Positions 43,078-64,000 of a stretch of 64,000 nt of DNA are shown in pieces (within the stretch, counting starts at the first letter, position 1; each line of letters starts with the position of its first letter). The stretch comes from Amoebidium appalachense (Eukaryota; Protista; Ichthyosporea). Location of the stretch: the NCBI GenBank assembly GCA_963693365.1, contig CAVNZM010000003.1:13297252-13361251 (forward strand), given 5' to 3'. The position numbers and the translations under genes are program-made. Below the pieces are notes generated by a model that searched no databases, had not been told where the DNA came from, and saw nothing but the letters and a program-made list of their open reading frames with translations.

Positions 43078-44131
43078 ATCTCCCCTTCCGGAGCAACGCC
43101 GGCAGATTGGCCTCCCACTTTGCTCCGGCCGAGTTGCTTCGAGCCACCACTACCCTGCAGGAATGCCAGGCCCTGAGTCTCAACCTCGACTCTCGGGCCT
43201 TTTACTCCCGGGTGCAAAAAGTGTGCATCGATTTTTGTGTGGCATCTCGGCTGCAGTCCTCCTCCGGTCCTACCTCCCGGCCCCCCCGTGCAGCTCTTTC
43301 TCGCCTGGTGTGCCCAACGAGGGGTACAGGCCTCTTCCTTGGCCGGCTACAATTCGGCCATCACCAGATTCCACCTCGACATGGGCCTCCCTGCTCCCTA
43401 CCCCCACGACAGGTCTCTGGCCTGGTTCCTACGATGGGTGGGCAGATGGCAGCTTTCTCACAACAGTCCGGCCCCGATCATCTACCAGGGAGCCCCTCCT
43501 GCCCTCCCACCTCAGCCTACTCCATGGCCAGTGCCCCACCAAGGCCTCCTCGGCCAATCTCCGGCTATGGACGGTCCTCATCGTCAGTTTTTGTGGTCTC
43601 CTCCGTTCGGGGGAATTTACCTCCAAGACCCTGTCTTCCTTCGACCCGTCCCGTCACGTTAAAAGGAAGGACGTGACCTTCAGCTACACCCCCACCGGTA
43701 CTTTGTCCCATGCCACCCTCCACCTGCCAACCTCCAAGACGGATGTACAGGCCCGAGGTGTCAACATCACTCTAGCTGCCCTGCCCCTCACCCACTTCTC
43801 CCCAGCCCATCTCCTCCGGCAGTTCCTGGATACAACGTACGGTCAACCCGACGACCCCCTGTTCAGTCTCGGTGGCATTCCCTACACCAAGGGTGCTTTC
43901 TCTGCCGACTTCCGTGCTCTCCTCTCCCGGGCAGGCCTCTCACCCTCCCGGTTTGCCGGCCACAGCCTCCGAATCGGGGGGGCCACAGCCCTGGCTGAGG
44001 CCAGGGTCGACAACTCTCGGATCAAACAACTCGGCAGATGGTCCTCCGACTGTTTCCTGATCTATACTCGACTTCGCCCGGCCTCCATTGCTGCCACTAC
44101 CACACGTGTATTCGCCTCTATTCTTAAGTGA
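43078..44131 (+). pseudogene. Ngaro tyrosine recombinase, two frameshifts in the N-terminal part
   Basis: Catalytic set LRSGE, SKTD, HSLRIGGAT, GRWSS, LIY present; N-terminal domain spread over three frames (43107, 43237, 43163 ORFs). Confidence 0.88.
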
Positions 44132-44159
44132 AACCTTTGGAGCAAGCATACTGCTCTCG

Positions 44160-44537
44160 TGCCGTGGTTTACAACCATTGCAGGTTCACTTTCGTTCAAG
44201 GGGATGTCCCCCTAGAGGCAACACACGTCCCGGAGTAGTTTTCATAGAGGTTTTATTTGTGGAATTTATTGACATAAATATTTTTTCTGGGTAAACACGT
44301 AGGATGGGTGTTCGGTATCAACATAACCATGTAGGCTTCATTTCCCCCATTGATCCACACATACGTGCTGTTTTTTCACGGGGCGAAGACTTCCCCCGTT
44401 TTTTGGGCACAAGGACCTCACGGATCAATAAATTGATGACTGGGGGCTTGCCGTGGTTTACAACCATTGCAGGTTCACTTTCGTCCAAGGGGATGTCCCC
44501 CTAGAGGCAACACACGTCCCGGAGTAGTTTTCATAGA
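44160..44537 (+). repeat. Ngaro 3' repeats B1-A2-spacer-B2
   Basis: B1 44160-44248 abuts A2 44248-44344; B2 44449-44537 ends the element. Confidence 0.95.
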
Positions 44538-44905
44538 ACAACAAACTTGGGCCCGGGGGGACTCCGACTGCGCCAATATTGCAACACTGACTTGAAGCCT
44601 CACTGGAATCCCCTTTCAAAACTTGAAGTCATAAGTAAAAACCCGGATTTCAATTTTAAAAAACCGCCACCAAAGTCTCTACTCAGTTGAAAAGGAGCTC
44701 TTGAAACGTTTCGAAGGAGTTAACCTACCGTAGGCTAAAAAGTTTTCAAGTCAAAACCAATGGCATAGGGTACCACCACTTGCTTTGTTTCATAACCTTC
44801 AAAACCGCAGCGAAACTTCTTTAAACAAACAACTTGAAAGTGGAAGAAACACTGAACTTTGAAGCCAACCTTACAAGTAGATATTCGTGTATGAACTTAG
44901 GCACC

Positions 44906-47400
<2,495 letters not shown>

Positions 47401-47953
47401 ATGTCAGGCGGGCGGTTTAATCCCCCCCCCCCCCCCCCCCCCGTATTTTCAAGAAGTTCCCCCTGTTTCCTCCTTATTTCCTTTTCTTTCTTTTTTCTTT
47501 TTTATCCTGTGTGTGCGTGTGCTTGTGTGTGCGTGCGTGCGCGTGCGTGTTTCTTGTGTCTGTGTTGGATTTGGCTGTCGTAGTAAGCACCTTTGATAAG
47601 GTTATTTTCCAAAACGCTTAATTTAAATCCCAGGCTCTCCATATATCCCCCCTCCCTCCCGGCCCCCCCACCCCCAACCCTCCCCTCCCCTTTCTTCCCC
47701 CTCCCTCCTTCGATCCCCCCCCCCCCCCCCCCCCCCCTCCTCCTCCCCCCGGCTCCCACGCCCCCAAAAAGAGAGAAAACAATGTCTTAGTGTTTAAATA
47801 GTTTCAACCAAATTTGGCTACTATTACAACTAATACTTTACCCAATTCTATGCCATGAGTTCTGTATATACGTGGTTTACAGGTTCCACCGAGGCTTCCT
47901 TCTACCAACTGGATTTTTTTAGGATTTTGCTGGAGTTCGTCCCTCTCCCCCCC

Positions 47954-47986
<33 letters not shown>

Positions 47987-48629
47987 CCGCCCCGCCCCCG
48001 CCCCCGCCTCCTCCTCCCCCTCTCCTTTTCCTCCCCCTCCCCCCCCCCCCCGCCCCCCATTCCCCCCCCCTCCCTCCTTTCACCTGCATCAAATACATGT
48101 TACATGTAATTAGTGCTCACCGGGGTTCAAGTGGTTTACACTGGGGATCATTGCACTTTCACTGATTACTCGGGGATAATTTATAGAAGCCCGGCAGTAG
48201 GGGTTGATGGTCGGACTATTCCCTATTGCAAAGTTTATCCGATGATGAGCAGGGGCGCCTCATGCATATGCCGAGCTGGATATCACTTTTCTTGTATATC
48301 TGTAGCATTACCAAACTAAAAAGACGTGATATGTGCATCCAGGGCCCATGAAATGTACGTGGGATTATCTGTATCAGTGCACGTGACCGCCAAGAGCATC
48401 ATGGTAAAATTTAAAAAACTTGAAAATTTGAAAAAATTTAAACTTGCAGTTCACTGGCAGAAAGTTCAAGCTCGAGGGTAGAACGGAAGGGTCCCGGAGG
48501 CCTAATGTAAGTTATCTTCAAAGTCTTTCTTTCCTTTTTTTTTTCTTCTTCTTTTTTTCCCCAAAGTTTAGGGGGGGGGGGGGGGGGGGGCTCTCCCCGG
48601 GCGCCCTGGCCCGCCCCTCCTCCACCCCC

Positions 48630-49564
48630 TGTTAAATTGTATAAGTATTTGGGATGTAAGCAGAGACACAGTGGTGCAGTGTGAAAACACCACAGACACA
48701 CACAACAACAAAACACGGAACGATCGGAGCAGTGTACACAACAGACATCAATGTTTAGACACGACTGAACTTAATTTATTTTGATCGCTAATAAATACCT
48801 GAAATTCCCTTAAGTTAAATCCATACATGATTTCCGACCAGTCGGAAATCAGATCTATGTCTAAAATAACCAATCATAATTAACTGATTATTTCCCGGAT
48901 AGATCCGGAGACGCGGGAACACACACCATAGGTCACAGCTATAAGAAAGAAAAGAGGTGAAGAGTAACGAGGAAAGAGGTGGTGTTTCTAACCTATCATC
49001 GGCTACAAAGACTCAGACATTTTCTGACTAAGTCCACTGATTGGATATAGTACGGCAACACACAAAACAAAAGTGGTTGACTAAGCTATGAATCATACCT
49101 GACAAGCTAAGGTGTAACCTAAGTGTTTTTCTACCAATCAAAACATAACGAGTAATATAAATCTACTCAACGTATATTAGTGAGAGAGAAATATAATTAA
49201 ATGAAAGGAAACAAGAGAAGAAAGAAAGAGAAAAGAAAAGACGAAGAAAGAGGAAAAAGAAAAGAAAGCAGGACAGAAAACACGAACAGCAAAACACAGT
49301 TATAACCGAAGATATTCATGTACACATAACATGTACACGTGTCTCCCTCACTGGGTAGACTCGTGTACCTATAATCAGTTGCTGTAATCGATATCTAAAC
49401 ACACGAATATAGCCGACACAACACGATTACAAGTACTCAAATACACTGGAGATCGATGTCATAATTTACGTACAAGGAGCACATCTTTTTCATTAAGTAA
49501 ATGAATGAAAACATAACACGAACTGAGAAGATCTTACAATATGTAAATACTACGTATTATAACA
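48630..49564 (-). repeat. Copia 3' LTR
   Basis: Direct repeat of 54449-55383; preceded on the minus strand by purine-rich aagtgggga (PPT-like). Confidence 0.97.
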
Positions 49565-49980
49565 TCCCCACTTAAGACTTTGAAGTTTGTGTTATCATAT
49601 CCCCACTGAACTAGTGAAATCTCCCCACTTGAGAACAGAAACGGAAAAAAAAAAATTAAAGTGTGTACTTTTCCGGGGGGGGGGGGGGGGGGAGAAGGGG
49701 GGGGGGAGGGGGGGGAAGGGGGGGGGGAAGGGGGGGGGGAAGGGGGGGGGGGGAGGGGGGGAAGGAACCGGGGCAAAAACAACGAATATATATAACGTGT
49801 ATAGGCGGTGTTTGATTAACTGGGTTTTAAACCAGTGAAAGATAGAGTAGAGTGATGGTACGGGTCAAACCTTATATATAAACCCTAAGTGGGCATACCC
49901 ACAAAGGCAATACATATGATATAATGATGGTGATAAAGTAAGTAGTACACATGAGAAAATCACTCTTGAAGTAGGTCGGG

Positions 49981-52900
49981 TCAATCCACAATATCCGGTA
50001 AACAAAGTCGAGCACGATGGTGGACATGACTCGGGCCGGGGAGGGGTTTGGTGAGTATGTCAGCTAAGTTGTGGGCTGACTCAACGTAGTGGACAACCAC
50101 GTCCCCACTGGCAATGTAGTCCTTGGTGTTGTGATACCGGACGGCAATGTGTTTGGTACGGTGCTTGATGCCGGTGGAGTTGACGATGGCAATGGTCGAC
50201 TGGTTGTCACAGTACACCGGAGTCGGAGCAAGCATGGGACAGCCGAGTTCCTTGAAGAGGTCACGGACCCAAGCAACTTCTTGGGTGCCAGCATTGAGAG
50301 CAATCAACTCAGCTTCAGTGGTGCTGGTGGCCGTGATGGGCTGGAGCTTGGAGTACCAGATGACGGGCATACCAGCAAACACGATAATGTAGCCGGTGGT
50401 AGACTTCTTGCTGTCGGCACAACCAGCAAAGTCAGCATCCGTGTAGCATTCGAGTATGGGGGACTGGGTGGCCGAGTACTTGTAGTCAATGCCAAGGTCA
50501 ATGGTGCCGAGCAGGTACCGGGCCACACGACGGAGAAGGTCCCAGTGAGTCTTGCCGGGGTTGGTGCTGAACCGACCAAGGAAGCCGATGGCATAGGCAA
50601 TGTCGGGACGTGTGCACCGTGCCACCCAGAGGAGACGGCCGAGTAACTCACGGTAGGGCACGGTGAACGGTTGGGGGGGGCAATCAGCCAGGGAGACGGT
50701 GGTGCCTGCAGGGATGGGGGTAGACTTGGACTTGGCATCGGTGAGGTTGAAGTCGTGGATGATATCCATGATGTAAGACCTCTGGTGCATGTGGAGGTGA
50801 TGGGGATCAGAGTGATTAAAATCAACACCGAGCATACGGTCAAATGGACTCATACGACAGCTGGCCATCTTGCTGATGTGGGCAGCCAGGTCACTGGCAG
50901 CAGTAGAACCCCGGGTGTTGGTGATGGTGGAGTCATCGACGTAGTTACCAGCCCGTACCACATCGTTGTTGGGGAAGAACCGGAGGTAGATGCACGGGTC
51001 GGTCTTAGTACGGGTCAGGCCATGGGCAAGAAGAATGCCGTCGAGGAAGTCGTACCAAGCCTTGGAGGCTTGCTTGAGGCCGTACAGGGCTTTCTTGAGT
51101 CTCCAGACCTTGCCAAGTGTGGCCATGGTGATGAATCCCGGGGGTTGTTTCATGTAGATGGTCTCGGTGAGTGGGCTGTTGAGAAAGGCCGTAGACACGT
51201 CGAGTTGATGTATGTCATGACCTTCAACAACGGCCAGAGCTAGGATGGCACGGAGAGCAGCCGGACGGATGACAGGGCTCTCAATCAACTCATAGTCAAC
51301 ACCGTATTGCTGACTGAAGCCTTGAGCAACACCACGTGCCTTGATCTTGGTGTCACCAGCCGAGTTGAGAGTTTTCTCGGAGACAATCCACTTGAAGCCG
51401 ACGATGTTAGCACCAGGGGGAGGGTCAACAAGTTCAAAGATGTCTTTGTCGACGAAGGCTTGATACTCAGCAGTCAGGGCTGACTTGACCTGATCACCAT
51501 TGGGTCCGGAACAGAGTTGACGGACAAGTTTGGGTAGTTGGTCGATGTTGATGGGGGGACCGGGGGGGACTGGCAGGGTGGTGGTGGCTTGAAGTCCAAC
51601 CTTGCCCTGGAGACGGGCAGAACGACGGGGTGCAGGAACCGGGGTAGGTGGAGACGGTGGGGGGGGAACTTGGAAGTTCGGAAGTGCAGGGGGGGCAACC
51701 TCCGGGCTGGACGGGGCCGAGTGGAAGTTGTCGGGGGAGCCGGGTCGGATGGGTGTGACGTTGCCAGGGGCAGGATGAGGGTCGGCAGGCTGGACGGGCA
51801 CGGGGGCAGGGGGGCCGGTGGGGGGGGGTGTCGGGGGAACGACGATGGCAGGAGGGGGGCCAGAGTACACCAGACAAACATCATCTTCAGTGTCAACTGT
51901 GGGGGGTGGGGTGGTCGAGGTAGCAGTGGTGTCGGGGGTCGGAAGGGTTGATGGAATGTCGGACGGGATATAAGCTGATTCGTCGAAAATCACATCACGG
52001 AAGAGGCCGACACGATGGGTGGTGGCATTGAAGATCCGGTGGCAGTGTGATTGAAGATCATAGCCGATATACATGCCGAGTTTGACGGTGGGGGCCAGCT
52101 TGTTCCGTTTAGAGGCTGGCACGTGAGTGTAGGCAGGGCAACCGAACACTTTGAGCTCGGAGATGTCGGGCTTGACACCGTAGAAAACCTCGAATGGTGT
52201 ACGACCATTGGCAGTCGTGGACGGGGTGACGTTGATGATGTAGGCGGCATGTTGGAGGGCCTCAGCCCACAGTTTGGGAGACAGAGACTGATCTTGAACT
52301 TGATGGAGGAGGCAACGGACAATCTCTTGGAGGAACCGCATACGTCGTTCAACATAGCCGTTCAGTTGAGGGCAGTCCACCGGAGCATAGCTGGCCTTGA
52401 TGCCCTGGGAGAGGCAAAAAGCACGGGTATCCTTGGAGGTGAACTCAGAGCCGGAGTCGAAGTGGTAAACACCAACTTTGGAGGGGGCATGGGTGGCAAC
52501 GAGGTTGGTGTGAGCTGTGAGAATATCCAGGGTGGTGGTACGGTCGGCCATCGGGTAGATCTTGACGAGGCCAGAGGCACGGCAGACAGTGACGAGAGCA
52601 ACCTTGGAACCTCCGTACGATGTTGTGGTAGGCTCAAAAAAATCCCAATGCCATTCATGACCGGGGATGTTGGAGTGAGGACGGTCACCCCTGAACGGAG
52701 CCTTGGTGGTCTTACCCATAATGCAGCCATGACAATCAGGAACATCACAGTCGAGGACAGAGGAGGGGAGACCAATAACAAGGTCGTGTTTCACCATGTC
52801 CTTGATGCTGGTCATAGCGCGGTGCCCCAGACGATGGTGCCAGATGGATGGGTTAACACTGGTAGTGGCAGCCAGAGCCACAGGACGAGTGGGTGGTTGA

Positions 52901-54387
52901 ATGGTGTAGTCCTTGAAGTAATACAGACCGTTGTGTAGACGGAGGTTGACGAGATGACGGCCGGTGAGTCGGTCGAAGAGGAATGACGGAGTGGAGGCAT
53001 CGTTCAAATCACCCTTGATGTATTCGGCAGCAGCTTGGGATGTTGAAATGAGGAAGGCTTGGCCAGACGGGGTGTAGTAGGCTTCAATGGTTAGGGTGGT
53101 AGTGCCATGGTCGGTGGTGGTGTTGATGACGATATGGCCGGTGTGAGTGGCCAAGACGGGGGTGCCATTGAAGGCAGCAACGGGAGTCGGTGTCGGAAGG
53201 GGAGTGAGGTCATGGAAGAACTCACGGGTGGGGCAAACAGTCATGTTGCACCCGGAATCCCAGGCAGGGTCGGAGGACACGGGGACGGAGCTAGCATTGT
53301 ATGCCGAGAAAGCAAAGGAGACAGATTTCTCACTGCCTTGACGGGAACGGTTGTGTCTGGACATACGGCATTTCGGCTCAGGGCAATCGATGATCGTGTG
53401 ATCAGGCTCGTGGCAGTAGGAGCATTCTTTCACGGACGGGGTGTTAGAACGAGCCGGGGAATCAGAACGACGGGAACCCGAGAAACGGGAACGACTGGGG
53501 GAACGAGACGTGGACCGGAAGGCAGGCCGGTGGGGGGAACGGGATCGGGTGTGCTGACGGGAGAGACGAGTTCGGAGGTCCGTGCCAGAGGTACGGTCAA
53601 GTCGGGTGCGTAAGTCACGGCGAGGAAGATCACGGGGGGGAGCACTGGCATTTAATGCCATGCTGGACTTGGAGGCACGGTGGGCACGGTTGTTCCGGAG
53701 TTGCATCTTGAGGTCTTGACGTAACTCGATGCCCTTGACGTGGTTATGGAGGGACTCGAAGTCGGGGAATAGCTTATCACCGAAGTGATAGTCTTCGATA
53801 AGACGATTGAACTCAGGGGTGAGGTCGTCTCTGGTGGTGAGTTCATTGAAGAACTTCTCAGCTAGACGAGTGAAGTGAATGGACTCATCTTGGAGAGACT
53901 GGAGCTGGTTCACGATGGTCTGCAGACGGCTCAGGTAGGTGGTGAATGATTCACCGGGCTGAAGGGCACAGGCATCCCACTGACGGTGAAGGATGCGGAT
54001 CTGATCGGGTTTGCCTTGGAGATAGTGTTGACGGAATTTCCACATGGCCCGTTCAGGGTCCATGCCAATACGGTACTGGGCAACGGTGGTGAGGACGGAA
54101 GGGTCGATGTTCTGTATCATATGGAGCAGGAGGCAATTGCGGGCCTCTTTGAGTTCCGCGGTAGTGCCGTAGCCATAGAAGGGGGTTCACCGTCAACCGC
54201 GACGGTGGTAGGGGGGACGTAGTTGTCAGCAAGGACAACATCCACGAGTCGGACACCTTTAGTGCCGGTCATCATGCCGAGAAAAATGATTTCCCATTGA
54301 AAATAGGTAGTTTTGCTATCGGGACCAGTCTTCCCTTCACCTTTCCACATGGTGATTTTGTTTACGCCAGTTTTGTTTGGATCCATG
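49981..54387 (-). CDS. Copia Gag-Pol polyprotein, with one apparent 1-nt frameshift at the 54181-54185 homopolymer
   Basis: MDPNKTG start; CSYCHEPDHTIIDC knuckle; WDSGC protease; WHHRLGH..CHGC; DSGSEF..NGYVER integrase; KARGVAQGFSQ, YVDD RT; YTDADFAG, CDNQS, ADILTK RNase H. Confidence 0.93.
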
Positions 54388-54435
54388 ATTGAAAAACGAG
54401 CGCGAGTTCTAGATGTGTGTAGGGAGCGTGCAAAA

Positions 54436-54448
54436 GGGCTGCATAACC
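54436..54448 (-). promoter_or_regulatory. Primer-binding site, half-tRNA(iMet) type
   Basis: GGTTATGCAGCCC immediately after the 5' LTR; resembles the GGTTATG..CCC PBS of Drosophila copia and yeast Ty5. Confidence 0.7.
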
Positions 54449-55383
54449 TGTTAAATTGTATAAGTATTTGGGATGTAAGCAGAGACACAGTGGTGCAGTG
54501 TGAAAACACCACAGACACACACAACAACAAAACACGGAACGATCGGAGCAGTGTACACAACAGACATCAATGTTTAGACACGACTGAACTTAATTTATTT
54601 TGATCGCTAATAAATACCTGAAATTCCCTTAAGTTAAATCCATACATGATTTCCGACCAGTCGGAAATCAGATCTATGTCTAAAATAACCAATCATAATT
54701 AACTGATTATTTCCCGGATAGATCCGGAGACGCGGGAACACACACCATAGGTCACAGCTATAAGAAAGAAAAGAGGTGAAGAGTAACGAGGAAAGAGGTG
54801 GTGTTTCTAACCTATCATCGGCTACAAAGACTCAGACATTTTCTGACTAAGTCCACTGATTGGATATAGTACGGCAACACACAAAACAAAAGTGGTTGAC
54901 TAAGCTATGAATCATACCTGACAAGCTAAAGTGTAACCTAAGTGTTTTTCTACCAATCAAAACATAACGAGTAATATAAATCTACTCAACGTATATTAGT
55001 GAGAGAGAAATATAATTAAATGAAAGGAAACAAGAGAAGAAAGAAAGAGAAAAGAAAAGACGAAGAAAGAGGAAAAAGAAAAGAAAGCAGGACAGAAAAC
55101 ACGAACAGCAAAACACAGTTATAACCGAAGATATTCATGTACACATAACATGTACACGTGTCTCCCTCACTGGGTAGACTCGTGTACCTATAATCAGTTG
55201 CTGTAATCGATATCTAAACACACGAATATAGCCGACACAACACGATTACAAGTACTCAAATACACTGGAGATCGATGTCATAATTTACGTACAAGGAGCA
55301 CATCTTTTTCATTAAGTAAATGAATGAAAACATAACACGAACTGAGAAGATCTTACAATATGTAAATACTACGTATTATAACA
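54449..55383 (-). repeat. Copia 5' LTR
   Basis: Direct repeat of 48630-49564. Confidence 0.97.
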
Positions 55384-55906
55384 CCCCCACCACCGCTTTG
55401 TATACAACATACCACCACCACACCTTCCAATTGCCATAATATTATTAAGTTCCGTCTACACCCCTCCAAAGCCGTAGAATATCCGTGCCGAGGACGCACA
55501 AACCTTCACACTGTATTACTAAAACGTTTCTAAGTTCGGGAATGAAATTATATCACCATTATGGTAGATTCTGACCGAATTATACCGGCCAGTCTAAACA
55601 GGTCATTATGATACCCGTCTCTGTTACTTATAGCGATGCCGCTCAAAGAACTCCAGAGGCCACAGATCCGGCGCAAAATTTATTAAATCTATAACCGCCA
55701 AGTTCGTTGCCAAAAAGCTCTGTTTGCATGGCACACACATAATATTTTATACCCGTACTTTATATACTATACGACACATTGAATACCTTACGATGCACTG
55801 CATACATATTTACATGCAGTAAAATCAATGGCATGTCTTTAGTAGCACTATTACCATAGCCTTCGGCAACACGGATATAATATTATAATCTTATAATATT
55901 ATAATC

Positions 55907-63684
<7,778 letters not shown>

Positions 63685-64000
63685 CTGCAAAGGCAAACCA
63701 AAAAAGAGGGAAATAAAAGAAATAAAAAATCAATAAGCGTTCTGCCACCAAGGCGAAGTCCGGGGAGGAGAGGGGTGTGGGGGGGGGGGGGGGGGGGATG
63801 AGGCATGATAAAGGGTTTATAGTGAGTGAGTGTGTGTGTGTGTGTGTGTGTGCGTGCGATGCACACGCATGTGCAACCGCGTGCTGGAAGAGGGGGGGGG
63901 GGGGGGGGAGCACCCGCCAGTAACAGTCACTGCGCGGTACCAGTCGCCCGATGCTGGTTTCCACTGCTCCCTATTCTCCCACCCCGGAACCGCCGGGACC

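Larger units (their letters stand above)
38942..44537 (+). mobile_element. Ngaro-type (DIRS order) tyrosine-recombinase retrotransposon, full length, decayed
   Basis: gag, RT/RNaseH, YR order with no methyltransferase ORF; split direct repeats A1 38942-39038 / A2 44248-44344 (97 bp) and B1 44160-44248 / B2 44449-44537 (89 bp, one mismatch) in A1..B1-A2-B2 arrangement; no TSD. Confidence 0.92.
48630..55383 (-). mobile_element. Ty1/copia LTR retrotransposon, very recent insertion
   Basis: 935-bp TG...CA LTRs at 48630-49564 and 54449-55383, one mismatch noticed (49111 G vs 54930 A); CCCCC on both flanks (5-bp TSD); domain order gag-PR-IN-RT-RH. Confidence 0.97.

Noticed and set aside
47860-48510. 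Exon-like segments flanking the copia insertion (and 55470-55570)
   Set aside because: Some splice-like sites exist but I could not assemble a stop-free or recognisable product.
50089-53613. Plus-strand ORFs antisense to copia pol
   Set aside because: Shadow ORFs expected from codon bias; no recognisable motifs.
54175-54190. Programmed ribosomal frameshift in copia gag
   Set aside because: Falls early in gag rather than at the gag-pol boundary, lacks a canonical slippery heptamer, and sits in a homopolymer prone to sequencing error.
63914-64000. Upstream exon of the WSC gene
   Set aside because: Coding-like, but no convincing phase-1 donor and frame can be fixed within the window.

Overview
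Eukaryotic, intron-rich DNA whose introns are packed with poly-C/poly-G, (CA)n and (GA)n; most six-frame ORFs are microsatellite artefacts. Manual splicing gives: (1) the 3' part of an unknown multi-pass membrane protein gene (740-7276, +); (2) a 31-exon gene (11910-34908, +, about 1,860 codons) for a type I membrane protein with signal peptide, ZP-like region, beta/gamma-crystallin-like domain, five F-type (fucolectin) lectin domains, three PAN/apple domains, a polybasic RRRRR cleavage site, a TM helix and a Ser-rich tail, with one in-frame TAA in exon 2; (3) a broken PA14/vWD gene fragment (-); (4) a full-length but decayed Ngaro-type tyrosine-recombinase retrotransposon with split direct repeats; (5) a flavin-reductase-like pseudogene; (6) a very young Ty1/copia element with a half-tRNA type PBS; (7) a WSC/PAN multi-domain gene (-) entering from the right edge. 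The most striking signal is in the Ngaro element: one donor inside gag is in frame with two branch-point-bearing acceptors placed just before RT/RNaseH and YR, implying retrovirus-like alternative splicing onto a shared leader. The organism is not identifiable from sequence alone; a unicellular opisthokont is only a guess. All exon models and domain calls are by eye, without database searches.
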